Assembly: GCA_038045765.1 (NCBI GenBank)
Contig: JBBSXN010000003.1
Span: forward strand, 94,356-158,355
Reading direction: 5' to 3'
DNA length: 64,000 nucleotides
Source of the DNA: Nanobdellota archaeon
Lineage (GTDB): Archaea; Nanobdellota; Nanobdellia; Pacearchaeales; GW2011-AR1
Part shown: piece after piece, positions 55,859 through 64,000 of the stretch
Layout: each line of letters starts with the position of its first letter
Numbering within the stretch: position 1 is the stretch's first letter
Translations under genes and position numbers: made by a program
The notes under the pieces: generated by a model
What the model saw: the letters and a program-made list of their open reading frames with translations, nothing else
Database searches by the model: none
Told to the model about the DNA's origin: nothing

Positions 55859-56320
55859 ATGAAAGAGTTTGATTACTATATTTTCATTGATTATTCTGAA
55901 GAGATATTAGGATATATGATTGTAGAGAATATAAGAATAAAGGAGTTATTACCTAAAATATCTAAATTTGGACATTATCGTGAATTAAGGCATAAATCTT
56001 CCTACATTCATTCTATTAAGAAGAGACTAGAAAGAGATAAACTGAGAGAATATTTATTTAAATTAAAAATAAAGAAAATTATCGATAGTCCTGAGATTTA
56101 TGCAGACATAGCCGTTTTCTTGAAAAATCATAATAATTGCATAATCTTTATCTCTATTGATAATAAACAATATTCTAATTTTGAAAGACTTGTTCAAGTA
56201 ATTAATGATAAAAATATTAGAGTAATTAAAGAAAGTCAACTGAAATATGGCTCGAAAGAGTATCAAATGAGCCTCGTTTTGGATACCTTATTAAATATTG
56301 AAAGATTAAAAAGAGTATAA
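55859..56320 (+). CDS. hypothetical protein
   Basis: 153-aa ORF. The N-terminal YIFIDYSEE is reminiscent of an acidic catalytic strand (PIN or RNase H-like) but is unproven. Confidence 0.4.
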   Translation: MKEFDYYIFIDYSEEILGYMIVENIRIKELLPKISKFGHYRELRHKSSYIHSIKKRLERDKLREYLFKLKIKKIIDSPEIYADIAVFLKNHNNCIIFISIDNKQYSNFERLVQVINDKNIRVIKESQLKYGSKEYQMSLVLDTLLNIERLKRV

Positions 56321-56337
56321 AATACTGAAAAAACTCG

Positions 56338-56418
56338 ATAGGGTAAGGGCGTCCGTCAATCCTACTAACCGCATCATCGCAAAGCGAGCACGGGATTCGT
56401 CAGGTCGCGTTCCCCTAT
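56338..56418. ncRNA. candidate structured RNA (GC-rich imperfect long hairpin)
   Basis: An approximately 80-nt stretch clearly more GC-rich than its surroundings. Closing stem ATAGGG/CCCTAT, internal pairs GCG/CGC, CC/GG and AATCC/GGATT, and an apical TCGC-AAA-GCGA hairpin. No ORF. Confidence 0.3.
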
Positions 56419-56484
56419 ACATAAACCACAAGTCTATGAAATTTATAAACCTTACGTTTAATAGTTTTATATGTAATTACTCTT

Positions 56485-56646
56485 TCACTTCTTCCTCAAC
56501 CTAACTTCACCCTTACTCACAGAAGGCTCAAGTTCATCGCCTTCTTTTAATCCTGCTTCTTTAATCAAATCCTCAGATAAAACAACAACATACTTATGAT
56601 ATATTTTATTTCCCCTTTTCTTAGATAACTGTCTCTGCAACTTCAT
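56485..56646 (-). CDS. AbrB/SpoVT-like small DNA-binding protein (below ORF-track cutoff)
   Basis: Hand-translated as MKLQRQLSKKRGNKIYHKYVVVLSEDLIKEAGLKEGDELEPSVSKGEVRLRKK. The LSEDLIKEAGLKEGDEL segment resembles the AbrB swapped-hairpin motif. Confidence 0.5.
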   Translation of the reverse strand: MKLQRQLSKKRGNKIYHKYVVVLSEDLIKEAGLKEGDELEPSVSKGEVRLRKK

Positions 56647-56703
56647 AATAGAATTAGTTATTTTTTAACTCAGTATAAAATTATTTAAAAATTTAGAAAT
56701 AGT

Positions 56704-59415
56704 TCATTTCAAACTATCTTCAATAATCTTTTGCTCTTCTTTTGTTATTCCATATAGATTATAGATATCTTGGTCAATTTCATAGTCTATATTTTTTATC
56801 TGTTGTTCTAATCTTTCTTTTTCATTACCAGAGATTTTATCTTCAAGAATCTTTCTCTGTATTTTGGATCTCTCTTCAACGAAAATCACTAGCTTTTCTT
56901 GTATTTTTTTATCAGATTTTGGTACTGGGATTTGTTTAGCATATGCCTCATAAAAATCCATTGAACGAATTGCATTCTGATAGATAAATTTGTAAACATA
57001 ATATTGCACAATGTTAGAATTAAGAAGTAATAGGACAAATTGACTATCGTAATGCTTATCTTGAACTATTATGTTAGTTACCGTATTAAATGTAAATAAT
57101 CCTTCTTCATCGAAAGCAGCAGTTATCTTAATATGATTTTTTATGTGTGCAACAATTCTTTGTGCGACGATCTTAGGTCTATAAAACTTTTGCATTTGAT
57201 TTTTGTACTTATTCAACTCTTTATCTAGAGGGTTATAATACCAACATCCCCTAATATGCAATCTTTGTACATCGTTACCACCTAAGGCTTTTTTGTAATC
57301 TTTTTTTGGATTTTCTATAAAGTTATCCATTCCTTGTATGCCCAATCCTAGAAATATCTCAGATATATCTCCTAAAGTTAAATCACTCTTTTCCATCTTT
57401 TCCTTAATAAAATAAGCCCTTTTATCTGGTTCAAGATAAATCTTATTTTCTTCTTTACATAACTCTTGTGGGATGGAAATAGTGTCAATTATTTGGTTGT
57501 TATTAAAAATTTTACCAATATACATCTGATGAGAATTATCTGCTTTCTTGTTTTTAAGACAAAATATGATTTGCTCAAGTAAAACATCATCAAAAGCCTT
57601 ACCTGCATCAACAACATTATTTAAACAGCTACTCAAAAGAATTTTTCTTCTAACTTTTTCCCAAGATTCTGTAAAAGCTAACATTTTAGGAACAATCATC
57701 CCCATAAAACCTTCTTTCTTTGTTAATTCTAATCCTCTAACAATAAAAATAGCGGCTGCATTCATCATACCACTTTTAATCTCTAAATAAGTTTTTGTTT
57801 TTTTTATTGGGTCTGATTCTCTAATTTTGAAATAGGGAGGATTACCTATAACAATATCAAAACCTCCATTTTGAAAAACTTCTCGGAATTGTGCTTCCCA
57901 CTTAAATGCTCTATCTGAAATAGATGAATCATCAATAAGAGAATTACCATTTTTTATGTTGCTAAGGAGAGTAGGTAATCTTTTATTCGTCAATGTTTGA
58001 TCTTCATCTTCTAATATCTTTAAAAGAAGGTTTAATTGTGCAAGTTCAACTGCCTTCTCATCTAAGTCTACTCCATAAATACAATTAGATAATATCATGG
58101 CTTTTTGGTCTATTGTTAACCTATCTCTATATTTATCAAAAGTAAATGATTTTCCCCTCTTTCCTTCCTTTAATCTATTTTCAACAGTATTACATACTTC
58201 TTGAAATGCTCTAATGAGAAAAGAACCAGACCCACACGCAGGGTCAACTATTCTAACTTCTAAAATTTCATCTATTGTCTTATCTTTAATATATTCTCCA
58301 ACTGTGTTTTTTACTATATAATCTACAATATAAGATGGAGTATAATAAATACCCATCTTCTTACGCTTACCTGAGTTAGAGTCTAGTTTTACTCTTTTCT
58401 CAGTGCCTTCGAGTATCGTCCCAAGATATTGTTCATAAATTGTACCTAGCAAATCTCCCGGAATAATGTCAAACATATATCTTTCCTGCTGTCCTTCATT
58501 ACCGAAGTACAATTCTTTAATTACTTTGATTAAAATTTGATCATCAAAAAATCCTTCTTTTTCTAATAGGCCTTCAGCGAAAAGCTTTGAATTATATTCT
58601 TTATCAAAAATCTTGAATTTTATTTTTAGAGATTCCCATAATCTCTTTTCAGTTCTACCTTCTTGAAAATCTTTTGTCATCTTTAGTAAGAAATCTTTTT
58701 CCTCTAGACCTCTGTCTTCAACTGAACGTATAAAAATAAGTCTATCAATTAGAATCTGGACAATTTCATCTATCTGCTCTTTTGTTAGATGTGTTCTCAA
58801 TTTCTTAAGATCTTTTGAGAGCCATTCTCTAATTTCTAAAAGATCGTCTAATATACTCTTGTCAATAGGTTTTGAGGACTTTTCATCTTTCTTTGAAAGT
58901 AATTGATTTAATTCTTTCTTTTCAATACTTTCTCTTGAGAGAAGTTGTAACTTATCAAAATTATATATTAATTGCTCGAATGTAAATTTGAAATAACCTC
59001 CAGACTCAAACTTTAGTAAGTTTCTGTCGATATTTCTGATGTTACTTAGGGCGTGATACACCCTAATTTCTTTAAAATTTGTTAGAACGGCGAATTTTAT
59101 CTTTCTATGATATGCGTAAGAAACAGCTTGTCTACCTTCTTCCTCTGTTAATGGAACATTAACCTTTTTAGCTTCAATAACTAAAACCTCTTCGTTTCCT
59201 ATCTTTAAAATATAGTCTGCTCTACCTTTTAGAACACGAGTTTCTTTGAACATATCCCATCTAGTCCAACCTAGAGCTTCAAATAATGGTTCAATATAAT
59301 GATTCTTTATATTCTCTTCAGACTGACTATTGATATAGTCTTTATTTTTAGAAGCTTGAGAAAATTGCTCAATTAGCTCTTTAATTTTAGTCTTAGATTG
59401 TTCTATATCTAACAT
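56704..59415 (-). CDS. type IIG restriction-modification fusion (nuclease + N6-adenine methyltransferase + specificity domain)
   Basis: N-terminal PD-(D/E)XK GRADYILKIGNEEVLVIEAKK, then VDPACGSGSFL (motif I), VIGNPPYF (motif IV NPPY), and a long C-terminal region consistent with a target-recognition domain. Confidence 0.8.
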   Translation of the reverse strand: MLDIEQSKTKIKELIEQFSQASKNKDYINSQSEENIKNHYIEPLFEALGWTRWDMFKETRVLKGRADYILKIGNEEVLVIEAKKVNVPLTEEEGRQAVSYAYHRKIKFAVLTNFKEIRVYHALSNIRNIDRNLLKFESGGYFKFTFEQLIYNFDKLQLLSRESIEKKELNQLLSKKDEKSSKPIDKSILDDLLEIREWLSKDLKKLRTHLTKEQIDEIVQILIDRLIFIRSVEDRGLEEKDFLLKMTKDFQEGRTEKRLWESLKIKFKIFDKEYNSKLFAEGLLEKEGFFDDQILIKVIKELYFGNEGQQERYMFDIIPGDLLGTIYEQYLGTILEGTEKRVKLDSNSGKRKKMGIYYTPSYIVDYIVKNTVGEYIKDKTIDEILEVRIVDPACGSGSFLIRAFQEVCNTVENRLKEGKRGKSFTFDKYRDRLTIDQKAMILSNCIYGVDLDEKAVELAQLNLLLKILEDEDQTLTNKRLPTLLSNIKNGNSLIDDSSISDRAFKWEAQFREVFQNGGFDIVIGNPPYFKIRESDPIKKTKTYLEIKSGMMNAAAIFIVRGLELTKKEGFMGMIVPKMLAFTESWEKVRRKILLSSCLNNVVDAGKAFDDVLLEQIIFCLKNKKADNSHQMYIGKIFNNNQIIDTISIPQELCKEENKIYLEPDKRAYFIKEKMEKSDLTLGDISEIFLGLGIQGMDNFIENPKKDYKKALGGNDVQRLHIRGCWYYNPLDKELNKYKNQMQKFYRPKIVAQRIVAHIKNHIKITAAFDEEGLFTFNTVTNIIVQDKHYDSQFVLLLLNSNIVQYYVYKFIYQNAIRSMDFYEAYAKQIPVPKSDKKIQEKLVIFVEERSKIQRKILEDKISGNEKERLEQQIKNIDYEIDQDIYNLYGITKEEQKIIEDSLK

Positions 59416-59460
59416 TAGAATTTTTAGTATATGATGTATAAAAACTTAATCTTCTTAACT

Positions 59461-59970
59461 TCACTCAAAACTCAAACTACCTTCATCATCAATTCTACCA
59501 ACTTGCCAGATATAATTCTTTTTTGATATAACTGTCTTAATCTGTTTTCTTATGGTGTTTAGGGAGGCTATCTTAGAGATTTTTGATAAAAAGATAATGT
59601 CTTTTATATTATCATTATCAGTCATTCCATTAAATACTAGAAAATCAATAGGACTAAGGACAGGTTTAACATCAAAAGGGTTTAGCTTTAATTTTCTAAA
59701 GATGGGTAAAATAACTTTATTTACAATCTTTTTAGCTTCATTTCTTCCTTTCTCAACGGCTAAATCTCTAATCTTCCTTTCTTTTTCCTCAAATTTTATC
59801 TCTTGTTCACTCATTGCAATTATCTTAGATTCATAAGTATCTAACCAAGTTTTCTCAATTGGTTTTTTTACTTTCAGATGTAAGTCTGAAACTCGAACTA
59901 TTTCTCCACAACATGGACAAATACAGAGTATCTTTCTTAATTCTCCAAATTCTTCAAATAGATTACTCAT
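59461..59970 (-). CDS. Holliday-junction-resolvase-related endonuclease paralog, probably catalytically inactive
   Basis: N-terminal zinc ribbon CICPCCGE. The core SPIDFLVFNG..IIFLSKISKIASLN aligns with the neighbour's EPIDLIIFHG..RFLEVKSGKAKLN, but Ser and Ile replace the E and K of ExK. Confidence 0.55.
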   Translation of the reverse strand: MSNLFEEFGELRKILCICPCCGEIVRVSDLHLKVKKPIEKTWLDTYESKIIAMSEQEIKFEEKERKIRDLAVEKGRNEAKKIVNKVILPIFRKLKLNPFDVKPVLSPIDFLVFNGMTDNDNIKDIIFLSKISKIASLNTIRKQIKTVISKKNYIWQVGRIDDEGSLSFE

Positions 59971-60449
59971 TTAAATTCCTCATATCTTACTTTATTATTT
60001 TCAATAGCTTCTTTGACTTGTTTTTGATGTTCGTTAAGCTTAGCCTTCCCACTTTTAACTTCTAGAAATCTGATAGATTCAACTTTTCCTGCTGTTAAGC
60101 CATGAAAGATTATAAGATCTATTGGTTCACCTAAAAATCGACAATCGGATAATTCCCACTCAAAATCACTCATAGTGGGAAAGACTTTCTCTAATAATTT
60201 ACCAACATTGACTGATTTAGCAGTATTCTCAGCTCCAGTTGTAGCTCTCTTCATGCCTTTTTTCAGCTCTTCTTGTCTTTTATTTAATGCTTCTTCTAGA
60301 TTTTTTTGAACTTCAATTGCTTCAAAAGGAAATGGCTTTGTTCCATCAAATAACAATGCTTCAGAAATCTTAAACTCACCACCACAACCTGAATGCTCTG
60401 CGTAAATATCAGATTCTTTTAATAATTGTATTATCTCTTCAGTCTTCAC
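59967..60449 (-). CDS. endonuclease related to archaeal Holliday junction resolvase (COG4741/Endonuc_Holl-like)
   Basis: GEPIDLIIFHGLTAGKVESIRFLEVKSGKAKLNEHQKQVKEAI gives D..ExK followed by the conserved Q. The stop overlaps the paralog start by 4 nt. Confidence 0.6.
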   Translation of the reverse strand: MKTEEIIQLLKESDIYAEHSGCGGEFKISEALLFDGTKPFPFEAIEVQKNLEEALNKRQEELKKGMKRATTGAENTAKSVNVGKLLEKVFPTMSDFEWELSDCRFLGEPIDLIIFHGLTAGKVESIRFLEVKSGKAKLNEHQKQVKEAIENNKVRYEEFK

Positions 60450-60533
60450 TTTATCAAATAGAGGGCAGATTATTTAAATCTGCGTTTTAAGTAAATTCAA
60501 TTAGCTTTTTATATCTATAAAATAGATAAGATT

Positions 60534-61661
60534 ATGGTTTTTGACGTAATTGCTAGGGATAAGAAGAGCAAGGCGAGGACTGGTATTTTACATACAAAGT
60601 CAGGTGATATAGAAACTCCTTTCTTTATGCCTGTTGCGACTAAGATGACTTCAAAGTTTGTCTCCCCTGATGACTTTACTAATATGGATGCGAAAGCAGT
60701 AATAAGTAATGCATTCATTTTGAGTTTGAAGCCTGGAAGCAAAGTGATAAAACGGGCTGGAGGAATTGGTAAGATGATGGCTTGGAATGGAATTAATTTT
60801 ACTGATTCAGGAGGATTTCAGATGTATACTGATTCTCTTTATCTTGGAAGCGATAAAAATGGAGTTAGATTCAAGAATCCTTATACTGGAAAGGAATTAT
60901 ATATTACTCCTGAGAAAGATATGGATATTCAATTAGATATAAATTCTGATGTTGCTATGTGTTTGGATAGTATGCCTTTGATTGAGAATTCAAAGGAAGA
61001 GATAAAGAAAGCAATTGAAAAGACTACGGATTGGGCTAGAAAGTGCAAGATATATCATGATAAGAAACAGCACAAATTGCCTTTGAATGAAAGACAGATT
61101 TTATTTGGGATTATACAGGGAGGAATTCATTCTGACTTAAGAAAGATAAGTTCTAAGGAATTAACTGCATTGAATTTTCAAGGATATAGTATTGGAGGTT
61201 TGGCACTTGGAGAACCTAAATCTGAGGAGTATAAGATGATTGAAGTTTGTAAGAAGATAATTCCTGAAGAAAAGCCCGTTTATTTGATGGGTGCTGGGCA
61301 TCCTCTTGAATTGTTGGAAGCTATTAATCGGGGATGTGATATGTTTGATTCAAGATTTCCAACAAGAAATGCGAGACATGGAAGTTTGTATACTTGGAAG
61401 GGGAAAATAAATTTACTGAATAAAAAGCATGAAAATGATTTAAGACCTATTGATGAAATGTGTGATTGTTTTTCATGCAAAACTTATTCAAAAGTTTATA
61501 TTAGGTTTTTATTGAAACAAAAAGAAGGAACTGGATATAGATTGGCTAGTATTCACAACTTGCATTTCCTTCAAAGTCTTATGAAAAAGGCAAGAGAGAG
61601 TATAAAAGAAGGAAAATTCCAGAAATTATTGAAAGATTTTAGGAAATATTATAAGGAATAA
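60534..61661 (+). CDS. tgt: tRNA-guanine transglycosylase (catalytic domain only)
   Basis: TPFFMPVATK, FTDSGGFQ, LMGAGHP and the zinc site CDCFSCKTYSKVYIRF. No C-terminal PUA extension. Confidence 0.88.
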   Translation: MVFDVIARDKKSKARTGILHTKSGDIETPFFMPVATKMTSKFVSPDDFTNMDAKAVISNAFILSLKPGSKVIKRAGGIGKMMAWNGINFTDSGGFQMYTDSLYLGSDKNGVRFKNPYTGKELYITPEKDMDIQLDINSDVAMCLDSMPLIENSKEEIKKAIEKTTDWARKCKIYHDKKQHKLPLNERQILFGIIQGGIHSDLRKISSKELTALNFQGYSIGGLALGEPKSEEYKMIEVCKKIIPEEKPVYLMGAGHPLELLEAINRGCDMFDSRFPTRNARHGSLYTWKGKINLLNKKHENDLRPIDEMCDCFSCKTYSKVYIRFLLKQKEGTGYRLASIHNLHFLQSLMKKARESIKEGKFQKLLKDFRKYYKE

Positions 61662-61713
61662 AATTTCTGGTTTTTATAGAAATATTTAAAACTCTTTCTT
61701 TAGTGCTGTTTTT

Positions 61714-62532
61714 ATGGATTCTGATAAAGAAAAAAGGAAATTTATTATTGATACGAGTGCATTTACAGTAGGTTCCAATGAGAAAATTGATAATGGGCTT
61801 GCCAATCGTGTTCATCAAGGTTTATTCGCTCAGAGTGAAGAACCTTTAGATATATTAAATCAGCATGGGCTGTTGCTTGCTGAATTAGATAATTTTTTTA
61901 GATCACATGATTCCGTATTCATTAACGAAGTCTTAAAAGAAAATGGGAATTTTATATCTACTCTTAAAGAAAAAATTAAAGTTGTTTCAGATTATGAAGA
62001 ACTGGCAAGAGATGACGATGAAAATACCGAATTTAATAGTCAACTAAGATTATATGACCGTTCTTTTGCTAAAAGACTTGAAAATTATGTAGATAACTTT
62101 ACAGCTTTTAACGCTTATTTTAGAAGAAGGGCTTTTTGTTTGGATGATTTCAATCCTTTACAAAAACTTGTTTATGATCGTGTTCTAGAGAAAGCTAGGA
62201 GGATACACCTAAGTCATAAAGAAAGGGGTGACAAACAGACTCCTGGAGATAGATTAGAAACAGATAGAAAATTAATTGCTACATCTATTGCAATGGCTGT
62301 TAAATATCCTGTAACTTTAATATCTAGAGATATTCAACTTATTGGAGAGCCTAACTTACAAAAAGTCGGTTCATTAAGAAAGGTCATAGAGGAATGTCGG
62401 TTCTGGACAAGAACAAGTGATGGGTTGAATGTTAATCCTCAGGAAATTAGTGTGTATAATCCCAATAGATCAGATAATGGATTTTATGATTCTGAAAAAG
62501 AAAGAGTTGTTTATGAGAGAAGGAATAATTAG
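61714..62532 (+). CDS. PIN-like domain protein with a large insertion
   Basis: FIIDTSAF (first acidic strand) and TDRKLIATSIAMAVKYPVTLISRDIQL (last PIN strand), separated by about 170 aa. Confidence 0.45.
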   Translation: MDSDKEKRKFIIDTSAFTVGSNEKIDNGLANRVHQGLFAQSEEPLDILNQHGLLLAELDNFFRSHDSVFINEVLKENGNFISTLKEKIKVVSDYEELARDDDENTEFNSQLRLYDRSFAKRLENYVDNFTAFNAYFRRRAFCLDDFNPLQKLVYDRVLEKARRIHLSHKERGDKQTPGDRLETDRKLIATSIAMAVKYPVTLISRDIQLIGEPNLQKVGSLRKVIEECRFWTRTSDGLNVNPQEISVYNPNRSDNGFYDSEKERVVYERRNN

Positions 62533-62819
62533 TCAAATCTAGGTTTGCTTCGTTCTTCTAACGACTTAAAAATTGTTTTTACACGATCATCAAAAATAGA
62601 AAATCTAAGAGCATCACTAGGTTGCACTCTAATTACTGTTAATTCACCAGTATTGACCACTTGCGCTACATAACCTCCATTGGGTAAGCTAGTTTTATCT
62701 ATTCCTGTAAAAAAATATCCTTCCCCTCTTACAAAAAATTCATCACCCTTAGTAGAATTACTCATTCTCTCTAGGAGAGGTATAACCTCATTCCTTAAAA
62801 CTGTTTCATAATCGTCCAT
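62529..62819 (-). CDS. hypothetical protein
   Basis: 96-aa ORF. No motif recognised. Confidence 0.4.
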   Translation of the reverse strand: MDDYETVLRNEVIPLLERMSNSTKGDEFFVRGEGYFFTGIDKTSLPNGGYVAQVVNTGELTVIRVQPSDALRFSIFDDRVKTIFKSLEERSKPRFD

Positions 62820-62863
62820 AATTTTATTCTTGAAATTGGCTATTTAAAACTATTTTATTTAAA

Positions 62864-63439
62864 TTAATCAAATCCAGGTCTTTCTTTTAAATGTTTGATG
62901 ATTTGCTTTGACATTAATGCCTTGCCTTTTACTGCTGGGTATCTGAAAGGAAGAATAACTGATTCTATCTCATTTACTTCAATTTCTGGAGAGTCTATAA
63001 ATTCAATTTTACTTAATGGTGTGCCTGAAAGTATTTTATGAGCTACATAAGCTGCGTTGTCTGTTGATAGTTGTTCTTTTCCTAGATCTCTTTTTTCTGA
63101 ATTAGGCATAAAAATGGTAATTAGTTCCTCTGTTCTTTTCTTTGCTGGATAGTCTCCTAAGATACCTCCAATTATTATATATTTGAATCTAGATTTATCT
63201 TCTGGTGATAATGTTTGAGTTGCTTCTGGGTCTAATATGCAAGTATCTTTTAGATTCATGTCTTTTACTGATTGAGTGAAGACTTTCCCATAACTTGATA
63301 GCTTCTTTATGTCTTTTTCTTCAATATTTGTAAACCAGAGATTATCTTTACCTACAAATTTTGATATTCTTTTATATTCAATTAAAGACCAGGCAAAAAG
63401 TTCTGCGTCTAAATGCTCTAGGATATATATTTGATTCAT
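62864..63439 (-). CDS. SPOUT methyltransferase of the SFM1/DUF431 family
   Basis: YILEHLD..WSLIEY and CILDPEATQTLSPEDKSRFKYIIIGGILGDYPAKKRTEEL closely parallel yeast Sfm1 as I recall it. Confidence 0.7.
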   Translation of the reverse strand: MNQIYILEHLDAELFAWSLIEYKRISKFVGKDNLWFTNIEEKDIKKLSSYGKVFTQSVKDMNLKDTCILDPEATQTLSPEDKSRFKYIIIGGILGDYPAKKRTEELITIFMPNSEKRDLGKEQLSTDNAAYVAHKILSGTPLSKIEFIDSPEIEVNEIESVILPFRYPAVKGKALMSKQIIKHLKERPGFD

Positions 63440-63565
63440 TCTTATAAGTCAAAATTACTATTAATAAATCTTTTTTATGGTCTTCCCCATATAACACTTA
63501 TAAGTGTTAAGTGCCTAAGATTTGTTTTTCATACATTTTAAATAGGTTATTAGTAGAGGAGAGTT

Positions 63566-64000
63566 ATGAAAGTAAGTGATTTTAGAAAGGCTGAAAATGA
63601 TGTTAGGGATATATTTCTTAATAGATGGAGTGCTAGAGCTATGTCTGGGGAGAAAGTCAGCAAGAAAGAATTAATGAGTTTATTTGAGGCTGCTAGATGG
63701 GCTCCTAGTTCTAGTAATGAACAACCTTGGAGATTTGTTTATGTCTTGAAAGAAAGCAAGAATTGGAAGAAGTTTTTTGATTTGGTAGTTCCTGGAAATC
63801 AGGCTTGGATTGAAAAAGCTGGTGCTTTGATAGTTGTTATTTCAAGAAAGAATTGGAAGGAAGATGGAAGTTTTAATCCAACTCATAGTTTTGATACTGG
63901 AGCTGCTTGGGAGAATTTTGCTTTAGAAGGTTCTTTGAAAAAACTAGTTGTTCATGGAATGGCTGGATTTGATTATGATAAAGCTAAGGAGATGCTTAAA
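63566..64000 (+). CDS. nitroreductase family protein, 3'-truncated by window edge
   Basis: Open frame from the ATG at 63566 to the window end. RWSARAMSGE, EAARWAPSSSNEQPWRF and THSFDTGAAWENFALEG. Confidence 0.8.
   Translation, partial: MKVSDFRKAENDVRDIFLNRWSARAMSGEKVSKKELMSLFEAARWAPSSSNEQPWRFVYVLKESKNWKKFFDLVVPGNQAWIEKAGALIVVISRKNWKEDGSFNPTHSFDTGAAWENFALEGSLKKLVVHGMAGFDYDKAKEMLK

Noticed and set aside
1-64000. CRISPR arrays, rRNA genes and additional tRNAs.
   Set aside because: I saw no regularly spaced direct repeats and no rRNA-like conserved blocks. The only cloverleaf I could fold is tRNA-Asp. The other GC-rich patches (14.1 kb, 23.4 kb, 56.4 kb) fit no acceptor, anticodon or T-arm layout.

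Overview
AT-rich (roughly 30% GC by eye, not computed) archaeal chromosome segment. It encodes the archaea-specific rpl7ae-rps28e-rpl24e operon, has TATA-like TTTATA(A/T)A promoters plus GGAGG ribosome-binding sites, and carries many small orphan genes, so a DPANN-like lineage is a reasonable inference only. The backbone holds gyrB and gyrA (with an acidic ORF wedged between them), ilvE, trpBA, msrA, a tRNA-guanine transglycosylase, Dus, a topoisomerase IB, an alcohol dehydrogenase and pirin. A large copper/redox island at about 44-54.5 kb encodes multicopper oxidase, CopZ, CopA, ArsR, DsbA and three cupredoxin-like paralogs. The most interesting region is a roughly 13.1-kb integrated plasmid-like element (11697-24786). 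It sits in the 3' end of tRNA-Asp(GUC) and is bounded by a 14-bp exact direct repeat. It encodes a tyrosine integrase, a pC194-type rolling-circle Rep and a CopG-like protein. Its cargo is a five-gene minus-strand operon: type III Mod and Res followed by a DUF2779-like nuclease and two uncharacterised proteins, one with a PD-(D/E)XK motif. I flag that operon as a candidate undescribed composite defence system. A second accessory islet (54.5-60.5 kb) has a RelE-type toxin-antitoxin pair. It also has a four-gene operon with two Holliday-junction-resolvase-like nuclease paralogs (one apparently inactive), a type IIG restriction-modification fusion and an AbrB-like gene. Three GC-rich or compensatory-hairpin non-coding regions (about 14.1 kb, 30.9 kb and 56.4 kb) are not explained by any coding feature. 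No rRNA genes or CRISPR arrays were seen. All functional calls rest on motifs I recognised by reading the translations; no database search was possible.
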